A stretch of 64,000 bases of DNA from Alphaproteobacteria bacterium (lineage in GTDB: Bacteria; Pseudomonadota; Alphaproteobacteria; Sphingomonadales; Sphingomonadaceae): contig SBHJ01000262.1 in the NCBI GenBank assembly GCA_006226465.1, positions 6,092-70,091 of the forward strand. Reading direction: 5' to 3'. The notes under the pieces are model-generated. The model saw only the letters and a list, made by a program, of their open reading frames with translations. It ran no database searches and was not told where the DNA came from. The position numbers were made by a program, and so were the translations under genes. Below, one piece after another: positions 37,885-46,682 of the stretch. The first letter of the stretch is position 1; each line of letters starts with the position of its first letter.

Positions 37885-39167
37885 TGCTTATGAAAAACCA
37901 ATCATCCCCTGAACCAATCGCGCCATCTCCCAACCAGGAGCAAGAGGATGCGACCGAGGCTCGTGTTCAAAGCTTGAGACCTCTATTACTCTCACCCTTT
38001 CCGGGAGTTGACGACCGAAGCGAACGTTTCGTCGAGGCTGACGATGAGGATGACTTCGCGAGTAATGAGCCGTCACCGCGGGTTGGCTGGCGATGGTTCT
38101 TGCACCCCTTCATACTGGTCGTCGTCCTGCCCACGCTTCTGATTGCGGGCTTCGAGTATCTGATCGCAGCAGATCAATATGAATCCAGCGCGCAGTTCAT
38201 CGTACGCACACCTCAGCAGAATAATTCCGTGAACAGTCTCGGACAGATGCTGGGTATCGGCGCGGGGAGCGCACCAGCGGATGTACATAGCGTCGATGCC
38301 TATCTTCTATCGCATGAGGCGGTGAGCGCACTCGGCCATGAACGACTGGTCTCGATGTTCCGTCGAGAAAACGCCGATCCGGTCACACGGCTCTGGTATG
38401 CTGATCCCCAGCCTGAGACGCTGCTCAAATACTATCGCAGCAAAGTGCACGTCACGACATCATCCGAAACAGGTATCACGCTGCTCTCCGTGCGAGGTTT
38501 CGAGCGGAGCGATGCAAAGGCGCTTGCGGATGATTTGCTCAAGCTCGGGGAGCAGCGCGTCAATCTGCTCAATCAGCGAATGTTCGAGGACGGGTTAGCG
38601 GCGGCAAGTCGTCAAGTCCAAGAAGCCGAAGCGGCGATCGACAATGCCGACCGTCAGATGACGCAATTCCGCCAGGCCCGCAGGGATGCCGACCCAGAGC
38701 GGACCAGCAGTGCCGAAATCCAACTTGCCACGTCGCTTCAGGAGCGTGCAGCCCAAGCCAGGGCGCAGCTCGACGCGATGGCCGCGGTGCTTCCACCGAG
38801 CGCGCCGCAATATTCCGCAACGGTGCGAAAGGTCGCAGCACTGGAACGGCAGGTTGCAGCGGTAAGAGGCCGCCTCGCCGGCTCGGAGGGTTCAGTCGCC
38901 GCGGGACTAGGTGAGTATGAGCAACTCCAAGTCCGCCAACAACTCGCGGCAAAGCGATTTGAGGCGGCGCAAGCGAGCTTTCAATCGGCGCGGGAGCAGC
39001 TGGTCAAGCAGCAGCTCTTCATCATTTCAGTCGTCGAGCCGAATCTGCCGGGCAAGTCCCTCTATCCCGAACGGCTCATGGTCATTGCAACCGCGTTTTT
39101 TGGGCTTCTGTTCGCCTACGCGATTGGATGGCTGATCCTCTCCGGTTTCCGCGAACATGCTGAGTAA
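37884..39167 (+). CDS. kpsE: Capsule export periplasmic adaptor KpsE
   Basis: Two TM flanking a coiled coil; YESSAQFIVR, PNLPGKSLYPER, REH C-terminus. Confidence 0.9.
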   Translation: MLMKNQSSPEPIAPSPNQEQEDATEARVQSLRPLLLSPFPGVDDRSERFVEADDEDDFASNEPSPRVGWRWFLHPFILVVVLPTLLIAGFEYLIAADQYESSAQFIVRTPQQNNSVNSLGQMLGIGAGSAPADVHSVDAYLLSHEAVSALGHERLVSMFRRENADPVTRLWYADPQPETLLKYYRSKVHVTTSSETGITLLSVRGFERSDAKALADDLLKLGEQRVNLLNQRMFEDGLAAASRQVQEAEAAIDNADRQMTQFRQARRDADPERTSSAEIQLATSLQERAAQARAQLDAMAAVLPPSAPQYSATVRKVAALERQVAAVRGRLAGSEGSVAAGLGEYEQLQVRQQLAAKRFEAAQASFQSAREQLVKQQLFIISVVEPNLPGKSLYPERLMVIATAFFGLLFAYAIGWLILSGFREHAE

Positions 39168-39179
39168 CGAGTATCCTTC

Positions 39180-41657
39180 ATGCTGACGCATCTCCTCAAA
39201 TATCGAAAATCAGCCGGGGTCGCGGTAACGCCGCGCGTCCATAAAGTGCTGCTTGCAGCCAACAGCGCGAGAGATTCTCGCGATTTTTCCCGAGCCGCGA
39301 TATTGTTCCGTGAAGCGCTCGATCGGGATCCGTCCCTGGCGCATGTCTGGGTACAATATGGGCACATGCTGCGCGAAACCGACGAATTCGCCACGGCTGA
39401 AAGCGCCTACAAGGAAGCGCTCAAACGGGGTTCAACCAGCGATCCCCATCTGCATCTCGGGCACCTCTACAAGGTCCGGGGTCAGTTCAGCAAAGCGGCA
39501 CAGAGCTACCTTGCCGCAGCTCGTGCTGATCCAACGAATGGCGATGCCCTTGCCGAACTTCACCGGCTCATGGCCTGCGGCATCGAAATCACCCCAGAGG
39601 ACATCATGGCAATCACCGACAACACGACGGACGAAATCTTCGAAACCGGTGATCCAATCGCGCCCGCCGCCGCCCGGGCACGTTCGGCGATCGACACTCT
39701 GGCAACGGTGCTGCGCGAAAACGGGGCCGAGGAGGACGCTGTCCGTTTCGAGGACACCCGCGAATTGATTGAAAACTTACGGTCACAGGTCGATGTCGTG
39801 ACCGAAGGCGGGCATGGGAATGACACGGCGGCGGCGATCGTTTTTGACGTTTCTGATCTCATTTCCTATTTCGATAACGCCCGATTGCCGACCGGCATTC
39901 AGCGCGTGCAAATCGAGGTGATATCGGCCGCGCTCCGTCAAGAGAGGCGGACGGTAAAGATTTGCGCCTTTCTCGAACATCGTGACGAGTGGGTAGAAAT
40001 CACACCTGCCATGTTCCAAATGGGATGCCGCCTCAGTCTCATGAGCGGCGATCTCAAGGCACCAGAATGGGTTGCCTTCCTTACGAAGCTGCGCCTGGCG
40101 ATGACCATTTCAGACGCAATGGCGTTTCCCCGTGGCGCCTTCCTGGTTAACCTCGGCACATCCTGGTGGTTGCAGAACTATTTCCTCTATGTGCGCCAGG
40201 CAAAGGCTGCATATGGCATACGATATGTGCCCTTCGTCCACGACCTTATCCCGGTCATGGCAAGCGAGCATTGCACACGCGAGTTGACGCAGGATTTCAT
40301 CAGTTGGGCGCTTGGCGCATTCGACCATGCCGATTTCTTTCTGGTGAACTCCGAAGCGACGAAACGCGACCTTTTGCGCGTGGCGGCGCTGCTCGAACAT
40401 GCCGTTGATGAACGAGCTATCATCGTCGTTCGCCTGGATGCCGACTTCCGCAAGCCGGCCACCATACCCTTGCCTGAGCGCGACCTGTCGAAATGGGGAT
40501 TGGGACGGTCGGAATTCGTTCTGTTTGTATCGACAATAGAATCCCGAAAAAATCATATCGGTGCGTTTGATGCCTGGATCAGTCTTCTGCGCAATCACAG
40601 ACCGCGGTCAGTTCCCAAGCTCGTATGTGTCGGTAACAAGGGCTGGCTGAACGACACCGTCTATGCGCGTCTCGCGTCACACGAAGGGCTGCGTGATAAA
40701 GTCGTCATGTTATCGGGCTTGTCGGATGCCGAGCTCGACCTTCTATACCGTTCTTGCCTCTTCACCCTTTATCCAAGCAACTACGAAGGCTGGGGCCTGC
40801 CGGTCACAGAATCCCTGTGCCACGGAAAGGTACCGCTCCTTTCCGATGCTTCCTCTCTTCCGGAGGCAGGTGGGGCCTTCGCCCACTATTTCGAGGCAGG
40901 GTCGACCCCTCGCCTTACAAAAGCGCTGGAGCAGCTGATCTTCGACGGCAGCTTTCGGGCTGACAAAGAAGCGGCAATCCGCAAGGACTTCTTGCCCCGG
41001 AAATGGGGGGACATTGCCGCGGACATCGCAGGCGCCACCGCTGAACGGGCTATTACCTCGCCCCTAGTGGACAACGGGGGATATTGTGCACCAATCGCAA
41101 CACTCGGCGCTCATCATCCGATGGTACGCAACTTCGAGACGAGAATCTGGCCGGGCATGCGCTCTGCCGAGATATTCCGATCGGGTTCCGGTTGGTGGGG
41201 ACCTGACAACTGGGGTTGCTGGACGAAAGCGCAGGGCGGCGCATTGAGCATAGGAGTCCCGGAGAACGTCAACGGCCCTCTCCGCCTCTATCTGAGACTA
41301 CACGGCTTACCCACTGGCAGTTGCGCGTGGCAAGCCTCGGTGACGGGCGGGACAGTGGAGCATGGCGTCATCGACCCAGGCTCGTTCAAATGGGTATCGT
41401 TGACGATCGACGCTCCTCCGCTCGATCGTTGTCTCCATGTCATGGTTGAAGGTGAGGGGACGTTGGATCTCACAACGGTCACTGGCGGGCTGGATCCAAG
41501 GATCGTGTCGGTTGGCGTGGCTGGCTTTTTTCTATGCCGTGCGGAAGATGCAGAGGCCCGTTCACAATTTCTGGAAGCCCTCGCGCTCGGTAATCTCGAC
41601 GAGCTTGCCTTCAATCGTGAGCGGCTTGTCGAAGCGGGTGCGCCGTGCGAGGCGTGA
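39180..41657 (+). CDS. TPR plus GT4 glycosyltransferase with a C-terminal beta-sandwich
   Basis: TPR-like N-terminus (WVQYGHML, LHLGHLYK), PTGIQRV, STIESRKNH, YEGWGLPVTES, GWWGPDNWGCWT. Confidence 0.88.
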   Translation: MLTHLLKYRKSAGVAVTPRVHKVLLAANSARDSRDFSRAAILFREALDRDPSLAHVWVQYGHMLRETDEFATAESAYKEALKRGSTSDPHLHLGHLYKVRGQFSKAAQSYLAAARADPTNGDALAELHRLMACGIEITPEDIMAITDNTTDEIFETGDPIAPAAARARSAIDTLATVLRENGAEEDAVRFEDTRELIENLRSQVDVVTEGGHGNDTAAAIVFDVSDLISYFDNARLPTGIQRVQIEVISAALRQERRTVKICAFLEHRDEWVEITPAMFQMGCRLSLMSGDLKAPEWVAFLTKLRLAMTISDAMAFPRGAFLVNLGTSWWLQNYFLYVRQAKAAYGIRYVPFVHDLIPVMASEHCTRELTQDFISWALGAFDHADFFLVNSEATKRDLLRVAALLEHAVDERAIIVVRLDADFRKPATIPLPERDLSKWGLGRSEFVLFVSTIESRKNHIGAFDAWISLLRNHRPRSVPKLVCVGNKGWLNDTVYARLASHEGLRDKVVMLSGLSDAELDLLYRSCLFTLYPSNYEGWGLPVTESLCHGKVPLLSDASSLPEAGGAFAHYFEAGSTPRLTKALEQLIFDGSFRADKEAAIRKDFLPRKWGDIAADIAGATAERAITSPLVDNGGYCAPIATLGAHHPMVRNFETRIWPGMRSAEIFRSGSGWWGPDNWGCWTKAQGGALSIGVPENVNGPLRLYLRLHGLPTGSCAWQASVTGGTVEHGVIDPGSFKWVSLTIDAPPLDRCLHVMVEGEGTLDLTTVTGGLDPRIVSVGVAGFFLCRAEDAEARSQFLEALALGNLDELAFNRERLVEAGAPCEA

Positions 41658-42811
41658 CCCGCAAACTGCCGATGGGCAGTGGAGAGGGTTCAGATCGGCA
41701 GCATAGCGACGCTCCACAGGACCAAGCCGCGCCTGATCTCAGCCTCGAATCACTGAATGAGGCCGGATTGAAAAGCCTGACCGATGACGAAGACCGTATG
41801 CTTCGTCTGGTTAAAATATGGCGTGAAACCGCTGCCGACGGCGCCGGCGAGATTGACCCGACGACGCCTGCGACGCTCGCTGATATATGGAACTGCTATC
41901 GGCTTCTCCTGAATAGGGTCCCTGATCCAATCGGCACACCGCATCATCTCGATGCGATCCGGGATGGCATTTCGATCCATCAACTTGTCGAGCGTTTCGT
42001 GCTCGGCCATGAGTTTCTGGCCCTTTATCGCCTACCTGACCCACCAGGGCCACTGCAGATGGCCATCAATGGGATCGAACTGCACCTTCCCGCACCGCGG
42101 ACCATTGCGGATTTCACCATGCGGGCGACAGGCTATCACAAGCCACATCTGGCTGGCGTCATCTCCAGCATCCTGGAGCCAGCAATGTACGTTTTGGACG
42201 TTGGTGCCGGCGCAGGCCAGTTTGCCGTTCGTGCTGCACAGAAGGTTGGCCCTTCCGGACGCGTCGTGGCCCTTGAGCCACATCCCGGCTCTTTGCGTTC
42301 GCTTCTCGCGAACATTTTGATGCACGCTCCCAACAACGTCGATGCGGTACCGTTTGGCGCGGCCGACGGAGATGGGTTCATCACGCTCATCGACGAGGAT
42401 GGCGTCGCAACGGCTCGTGATGTTGCGCAAAGCGATCTGACATCCAGCGATGACGCCACGGTTGTATATGCGCGCACGATCGATTCGCTCATTCCCATCG
42501 ACAAGCGTGTTGATGTTTTCAAGATCGACTTGGACGGGTTCGACAACCGCGCTCTTCAAGGTGCGTCGAAGACGCTGTCCCGGTGGCGACCACATCTTCT
42601 GGCCGTCTATGCACCGAAACTGCTCACGAAATATTCGAGCATTGCCGCACCCGACTATCTGCGGGGACTACGCCAGCTCGGATATTCAAACTTCGTTGCG
42701 ATCCCTGACCATCAACCGCCGATAGGGTGCGGCCAGGACATCGCTATGCTCGCAAGCCTGCCGGACAAGCTTCAGGTCGAGAAGGTCGATTTCTATGCTT
42801 GGACCGAATGA
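41654..42811 (+). CDS. FkbM-family methyltransferase with an N-terminal DUF4214-like segment
   Basis: LDVGAGAG, VVALEP, FKIDLDG; CYRLLLNRVPDP.G motif. GTGA overlap. Confidence 0.8.
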   Translation: MTRKLPMGSGEGSDRQHSDAPQDQAAPDLSLESLNEAGLKSLTDDEDRMLRLVKIWRETAADGAGEIDPTTPATLADIWNCYRLLLNRVPDPIGTPHHLDAIRDGISIHQLVERFVLGHEFLALYRLPDPPGPLQMAINGIELHLPAPRTIADFTMRATGYHKPHLAGVISSILEPAMYVLDVGAGAGQFAVRAAQKVGPSGRVVALEPHPGSLRSLLANILMHAPNNVDAVPFGAADGDGFITLIDEDGVATARDVAQSDLTSSDDATVVYARTIDSLIPIDKRVDVFKIDLDGFDNRALQGASKTLSRWRPHLLAVYAPKLLTKYSSIAAPDYLRGLRQLGYSNFVAIPDHQPPIGCGQDIAMLASLPDKLQVEKVDFYAWTE

Positions 42812-42913
42812 AGCATTTTTGGATGGTGCTGGCCATCCGTCGCACCGTGCCGCTCAAGCTCCTCTACTGGCTGGAACTCGATGCAGCACAATATCCCTGC
42901 CGGAGAGAAAGAC

Positions 42914-43627
42914 ATGAAGGATACCGACTCAGATTGGGCAGAAATTGCGGCAACTGAGCCCTATTTCGGCGTGCTCACCGATCCGGCCTATTTGCGCGGC
43001 AACATCAATGACGAAGCCTTGGAACGCTTCTGGGAAAGTGGCCGCCGAGATATTGAATGGCAGCTCGAAATCCTCGAATCGCAATATGGCGCCTTCAAAC
43101 CCAGGAGCGCGATCGATTTCGGCTGCGGAGTTGGCCGCCTCACCCGCATGATGGCGACGGTCGCGGAGAAGGTCTACGGCATCGATGTTGCGCCGGGAAT
43201 GCTGGAGATCGCACGGAAGAACGCTCCCCAGAATACCATCTACACGGACCAGGTGCCGGACGTCGAAGTCGACTGGATCAACTCACTAATCGTGTTTCAG
43301 CACATTCATCCAAGCCGGGGCACGAAGATCATCGCGGATCTCGTCGCAAAGCTATGCAGCGGTGGCGCCATCACCTTGCACGTCACGATTGGCCGCGAAA
43401 TGGGCATCTGCCGGCCGCAGGACGATGGCGCTGAGGTAATCCGATGGGATGGGGAGCACTACCGCCCCCTCATATTCAACGCGCCGGCCGGCGGCATGAC
43501 GATGTACGACTACGATCTCGGTCAGCTCATGGTCATTCTGAACAAGGCTGGTATCCACCGTTTGACGGTTCAGCACACCAATCATGGTGGCCATTACGGC
43601 GTCATCCTGATCGGCAAAAAAGCATGA
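42914..43627 (+). CDS. Class I SAM-dependent methyltransferase
   Basis: IDFGCGVGRL, GIDVAPGML, VFQHI. GGAG RBS before ATG 42914. Confidence 0.9.
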   Translation: MKDTDSDWAEIAATEPYFGVLTDPAYLRGNINDEALERFWESGRRDIEWQLEILESQYGAFKPRSAIDFGCGVGRLTRMMATVAEKVYGIDVAPGMLEIARKNAPQNTIYTDQVPDVEVDWINSLIVFQHIHPSRGTKIIADLVAKLCSGGAITLHVTIGREMGICRPQDDGAEVIRWDGEHYRPLIFNAPAGGMTMYDYDLGQLMVILNKAGIHRLTVQHTNHGGHYGVILIGKKA

Positions 43628-44670
43628 ACGCCATGGGTGAAGCAGCGCCAGCGGTTCGGGTCCCAATGCAAAACCGAGAGGGACCATTGTGGGTCGGCTT
43701 TCCAGATAGCGACCCGTTGGGCCGCCCATCGCTCGCCCTCTTCTCGAATCTGGATGGATTGCTGGGCGACCGCCTCCTGATTGCGGAGGAATGGCTCTCC
43801 TCTGAACTGCCAACGGTGCGTGCCCGCCTTATCGAGCGAGTCCGCAATCGGCACCGCATAATCTGCTTCGGTATCGGTGCAGGTGCGAGGGCAGCGCTGC
43901 TTTTCGGCAGCGTGTTGCGCGCTGAACGTGTGATAACATGGGCGCCCTCGGCGGCACCTGGTGCTGGAAAACTGGATGCCGAAGCGGTTGCATTAACATA
44001 CGACACCACCGCTTCCCCACCGCCCTCTCCCCACTTACCCTCACCCTCCGCGCCTGCTGTCCACATCACGAGCTGTTCCGACACGGTGGATACCGACATC
44101 GCAGTTGCACGGAGCTTGCGGCCCGCAGTCGGGATCAGGCTGGAGAGGATTGAGGAAGTCCCATACTCTGCACTGGAGCAAGCACTGGCGCAGACCAATT
44201 ATCTCTCAAGGATGATCACGGCGATTGACCATGGTCGTTCGCTTCCCAAGCCTCATCATCTGCAGCGGTCATGGCAGTCAGCATTCGCACATCAAATTGT
44301 TCTCGAGCCGGGGCTCTCACCTTCCAATGATGGCGGTTTTGCGTTGCATGGGACGCTTCGCAATAGCTCGCCGAAAGCATTCTCAATCGGACAGTTCGAG
44401 CGAGACTTGATTCGGATCGGCGCAAGGATCATCTCGCCCGGTGACGATCCCACACAGCCGGGCAGTGCTCGCTTCTATTTCGGTAGCGGTGCCCTTGAGG
44501 CTGGCGCGACCCTGCCCTTCCGGTTGGAACTGCCCCGAGAAGCGATTGCCCGCGGTTTTGAAGCCCGCGTGGCGCTCGTTTGCGAAGGTCGCTTCTGGTT
44601 CGATGACCAGCAGTTTCCGAACGCTATCCTGGGCGTTCCGGCGGACGCGCTTAAACATCAGGGTGCATAA
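43624..44670 (+). CDS. Hypothetical protein: alpha/beta-hydrolase-like N-terminus plus Ig-like C-terminus
   Basis: IICFGIGAGARAALLFG..ITWAP; C-terminal LVCEGRFWF. Coupled to both neighbours. Confidence 0.65.
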   Translation: MNAMGEAAPAVRVPMQNREGPLWVGFPDSDPLGRPSLALFSNLDGLLGDRLLIAEEWLSSELPTVRARLIERVRNRHRIICFGIGAGARAALLFGSVLRAERVITWAPSAAPGAGKLDAEAVALTYDTTASPPPSPHLPSPSAPAVHITSCSDTVDTDIAVARSLRPAVGIRLERIEEVPYSALEQALAQTNYLSRMITAIDHGRSLPKPHHLQRSWQSAFAHQIVLEPGLSPSNDGGFALHGTLRNSSPKAFSIGQFERDLIRIGARIISPGDDPTQPGSARFYFGSGALEAGATLPFRLELPREAIARGFEARVALVCEGRFWFDDQQFPNAILGVPADALKHQGA

Positions 44671-45557
44671 TGAGTTCACAACCGCATCTCTTTGAGATCG
44701 AGCAAGCCAGCGAAGCGTGGCACCTGCTTAATGTCCCCGCATCGAGTCAGCAGATCAAGGAAGCACGCTTTCGACTTCCGACCTGGTACAGGGACGATCT
44801 GGATCCGCTCGATACACCATATAGGGATCAGCAGCTTGCCCTTTGGCGAGCGATCACTGGGCGGTCGGAATATCAACCCGACCGCGATGAAGAGACCCCA
44901 GAGATCGCGTCGCTCGATCCGTTACGGCGTCCGGGTCTCTATTCGGCAAATGATGCCGCAGTTGCCGGTGACCATCTCATGGCAATGGGGCATATTCTCA
45001 AGATTAGCGGCCTCACGGCACGTCAGCGCCCTCGTATTCTGGAATATGGTGCTGGCTTTGGGCAGATTGCACTCACGTTCGCTCGAATCGGCTTTTGCGT
45101 CGAGACTGTCGATATCAGCGCAAACTACTGCAATGCAGTGGCGGCCTCATCAGAACATTATAAGGTCGATCTCACTCCGCATATTGGGGCATTCGGCTAC
45201 AATCCCGCTGGTCAACCGCATGCCTATGATCTCGTTTTCTTCTACGAGAGTTTCCACCATTGTCTCGATTTCCAATTGTTGGTTCATCGTCTTGTGGAAC
45301 TTCTAAAGCCTGGCGGTAAGGTTCTGCTCGCCGGCGAACCAATCGTCACCAACGCGCCTGATATCATGCCGTATCCGTGGGGTATCCGCCTCGATGGGGA
45401 AAATGTCGCGGTGACCCATGCCCGTGGCTGGATGGAACTCGGCTTCCAGGAGGACTTTCTGGTGCGCTTGTTTGAAGCTGCTGGTTTTCGCTTCAGGAAA
45501 CACCCGTGCGCCAATTCGCACTATGCGACCGTCTATGAGTTCTCGCTATCCGACTGA
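44670..45557 (+). CDS. Class I SAM-dependent methyltransferase
   Basis: ILEYGAGFG, TVDIS, YDLVFFYESFHH, LKPGG. Confidence 0.9.
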   Translation: MSSQPHLFEIEQASEAWHLLNVPASSQQIKEARFRLPTWYRDDLDPLDTPYRDQQLALWRAITGRSEYQPDRDEETPEIASLDPLRRPGLYSANDAAVAGDHLMAMGHILKISGLTARQRPRILEYGAGFGQIALTFARIGFCVETVDISANYCNAVAASSEHYKVDLTPHIGAFGYNPAGQPHAYDLVFFYESFHHCLDFQLLVHRLVELLKPGGKVLLAGEPIVTNAPDIMPYPWGIRLDGENVAVTHARGWMELGFQEDFLVRLFEAAGFRFRKHPCANSHYATVYEFSLSD

Positions 45558-45665
45558 GAACCTGACAGCCGAGCTTTTCGTTATCAGCGTTTGGCGCGTG
45601 GCCTCGGCGTTTCAACGACCCGTCCCAATGGCCAATGGCCTTGGGCGGACACTCACCCCAAATGA

Positions 45666-46355
45666 CTACTGGTTCGGCGCTGGCGACGCTGTGACCGGCA
45701 AATAGGGTGTATCATCCTCAACTGAGGGATCGTGAAGTGGCGTCCCTTCGGGAATGCGAGTCATGACAATCTCACGAAGCATTTGAAAGTCTCGATCATC
45801 ACCGAAATGGATGCCAATCAGATCGGTATGTGGCACGTATCGAAACAGCTCAAAGGCTTCCTCGTCTACAACCTTCTGAAGGTTAGATTCCCCGGGTCCG
45901 AGAACATCCAGAATCAGCAGGCTGTGATCCCCATATTGCTCCAGTGCCTTCTGTATAGATCGATAAACCGATATATCGGCGGGCCAGACAGTAACAAGTA
46001 CGAACAACTTTTTGACATTTCGCGGCATACTACGGAATTGTTCGACAACGTCCCGAAGATATTTTCTATCACTGGCATCACCGACGACGTCATGGTGATT
46101 GAACACCGCACTTGGCACACCCATACGTCTATAAAATGGGTGATCTGATAGACCGAAGTTCGGATTTGGCCGGCGCTCTATGGGTACCGTCACTTGCTGG
46201 CTCGGATCCATCAAAAGATTGAAATTATCGCTCAAGACATGAGTCACCATTGCCGGGCAAGAGAACAACCAGTCAAACGGCGATTTCACTCTCTGGAACG
46301 GCAACGACTTGAACAGGTGAGCCGTAAAGCAGTGCGTGCCCAGACTAGCTATCAT
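45666..46355 (-). CDS. DUF1796-like putative papain-fold protein
   Basis: SLGTHC...R..SPFDW and FNHHD motifs; visibly more AT-rich than neighbours. Confidence 0.75.
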   Translation of the reverse strand: MIASLGTHCFTAHLFKSLPFQRVKSPFDWLFSCPAMVTHVLSDNFNLLMDPSQQVTVPIERRPNPNFGLSDHPFYRRMGVPSAVFNHHDVVGDASDRKYLRDVVEQFRSMPRNVKKLFVLVTVWPADISVYRSIQKALEQYGDHSLLILDVLGPGESNLQKVVDEEAFELFRYVPHTDLIGIHFGDDRDFQMLREIVMTRIPEGTPLHDPSVEDDTPYLPVTASPAPNQ

Positions 46356-46682
46356 GTGTCACATATCCTCTTTCGTATCCGAGGCGTTGCGCCTCCACTG
46401 GCAGCGACGAACATGGTCAGACACTTGGGATTTATGATCCCTTCATCAAACGCAATGCTTCGGACCTATATTGGAACAGCCTCTCGCACCGGCACGGGCG
46501 GCAACAAGGCTGCGTAGTGGTTTGGTGCGAGTTCCGCGCAATCCGGGTAATGAATAGGCAACCTGCTCCGGAATTCCGTTGGCCCCGCCGCATCCGGGGG
46601 CGGCAGGCTGCTGGGGTTGGATTCCGGAGCATGATTGTCAATACGCCCTTCGGCCGGCATCAACGCGAAGCGATGTTGGGAT

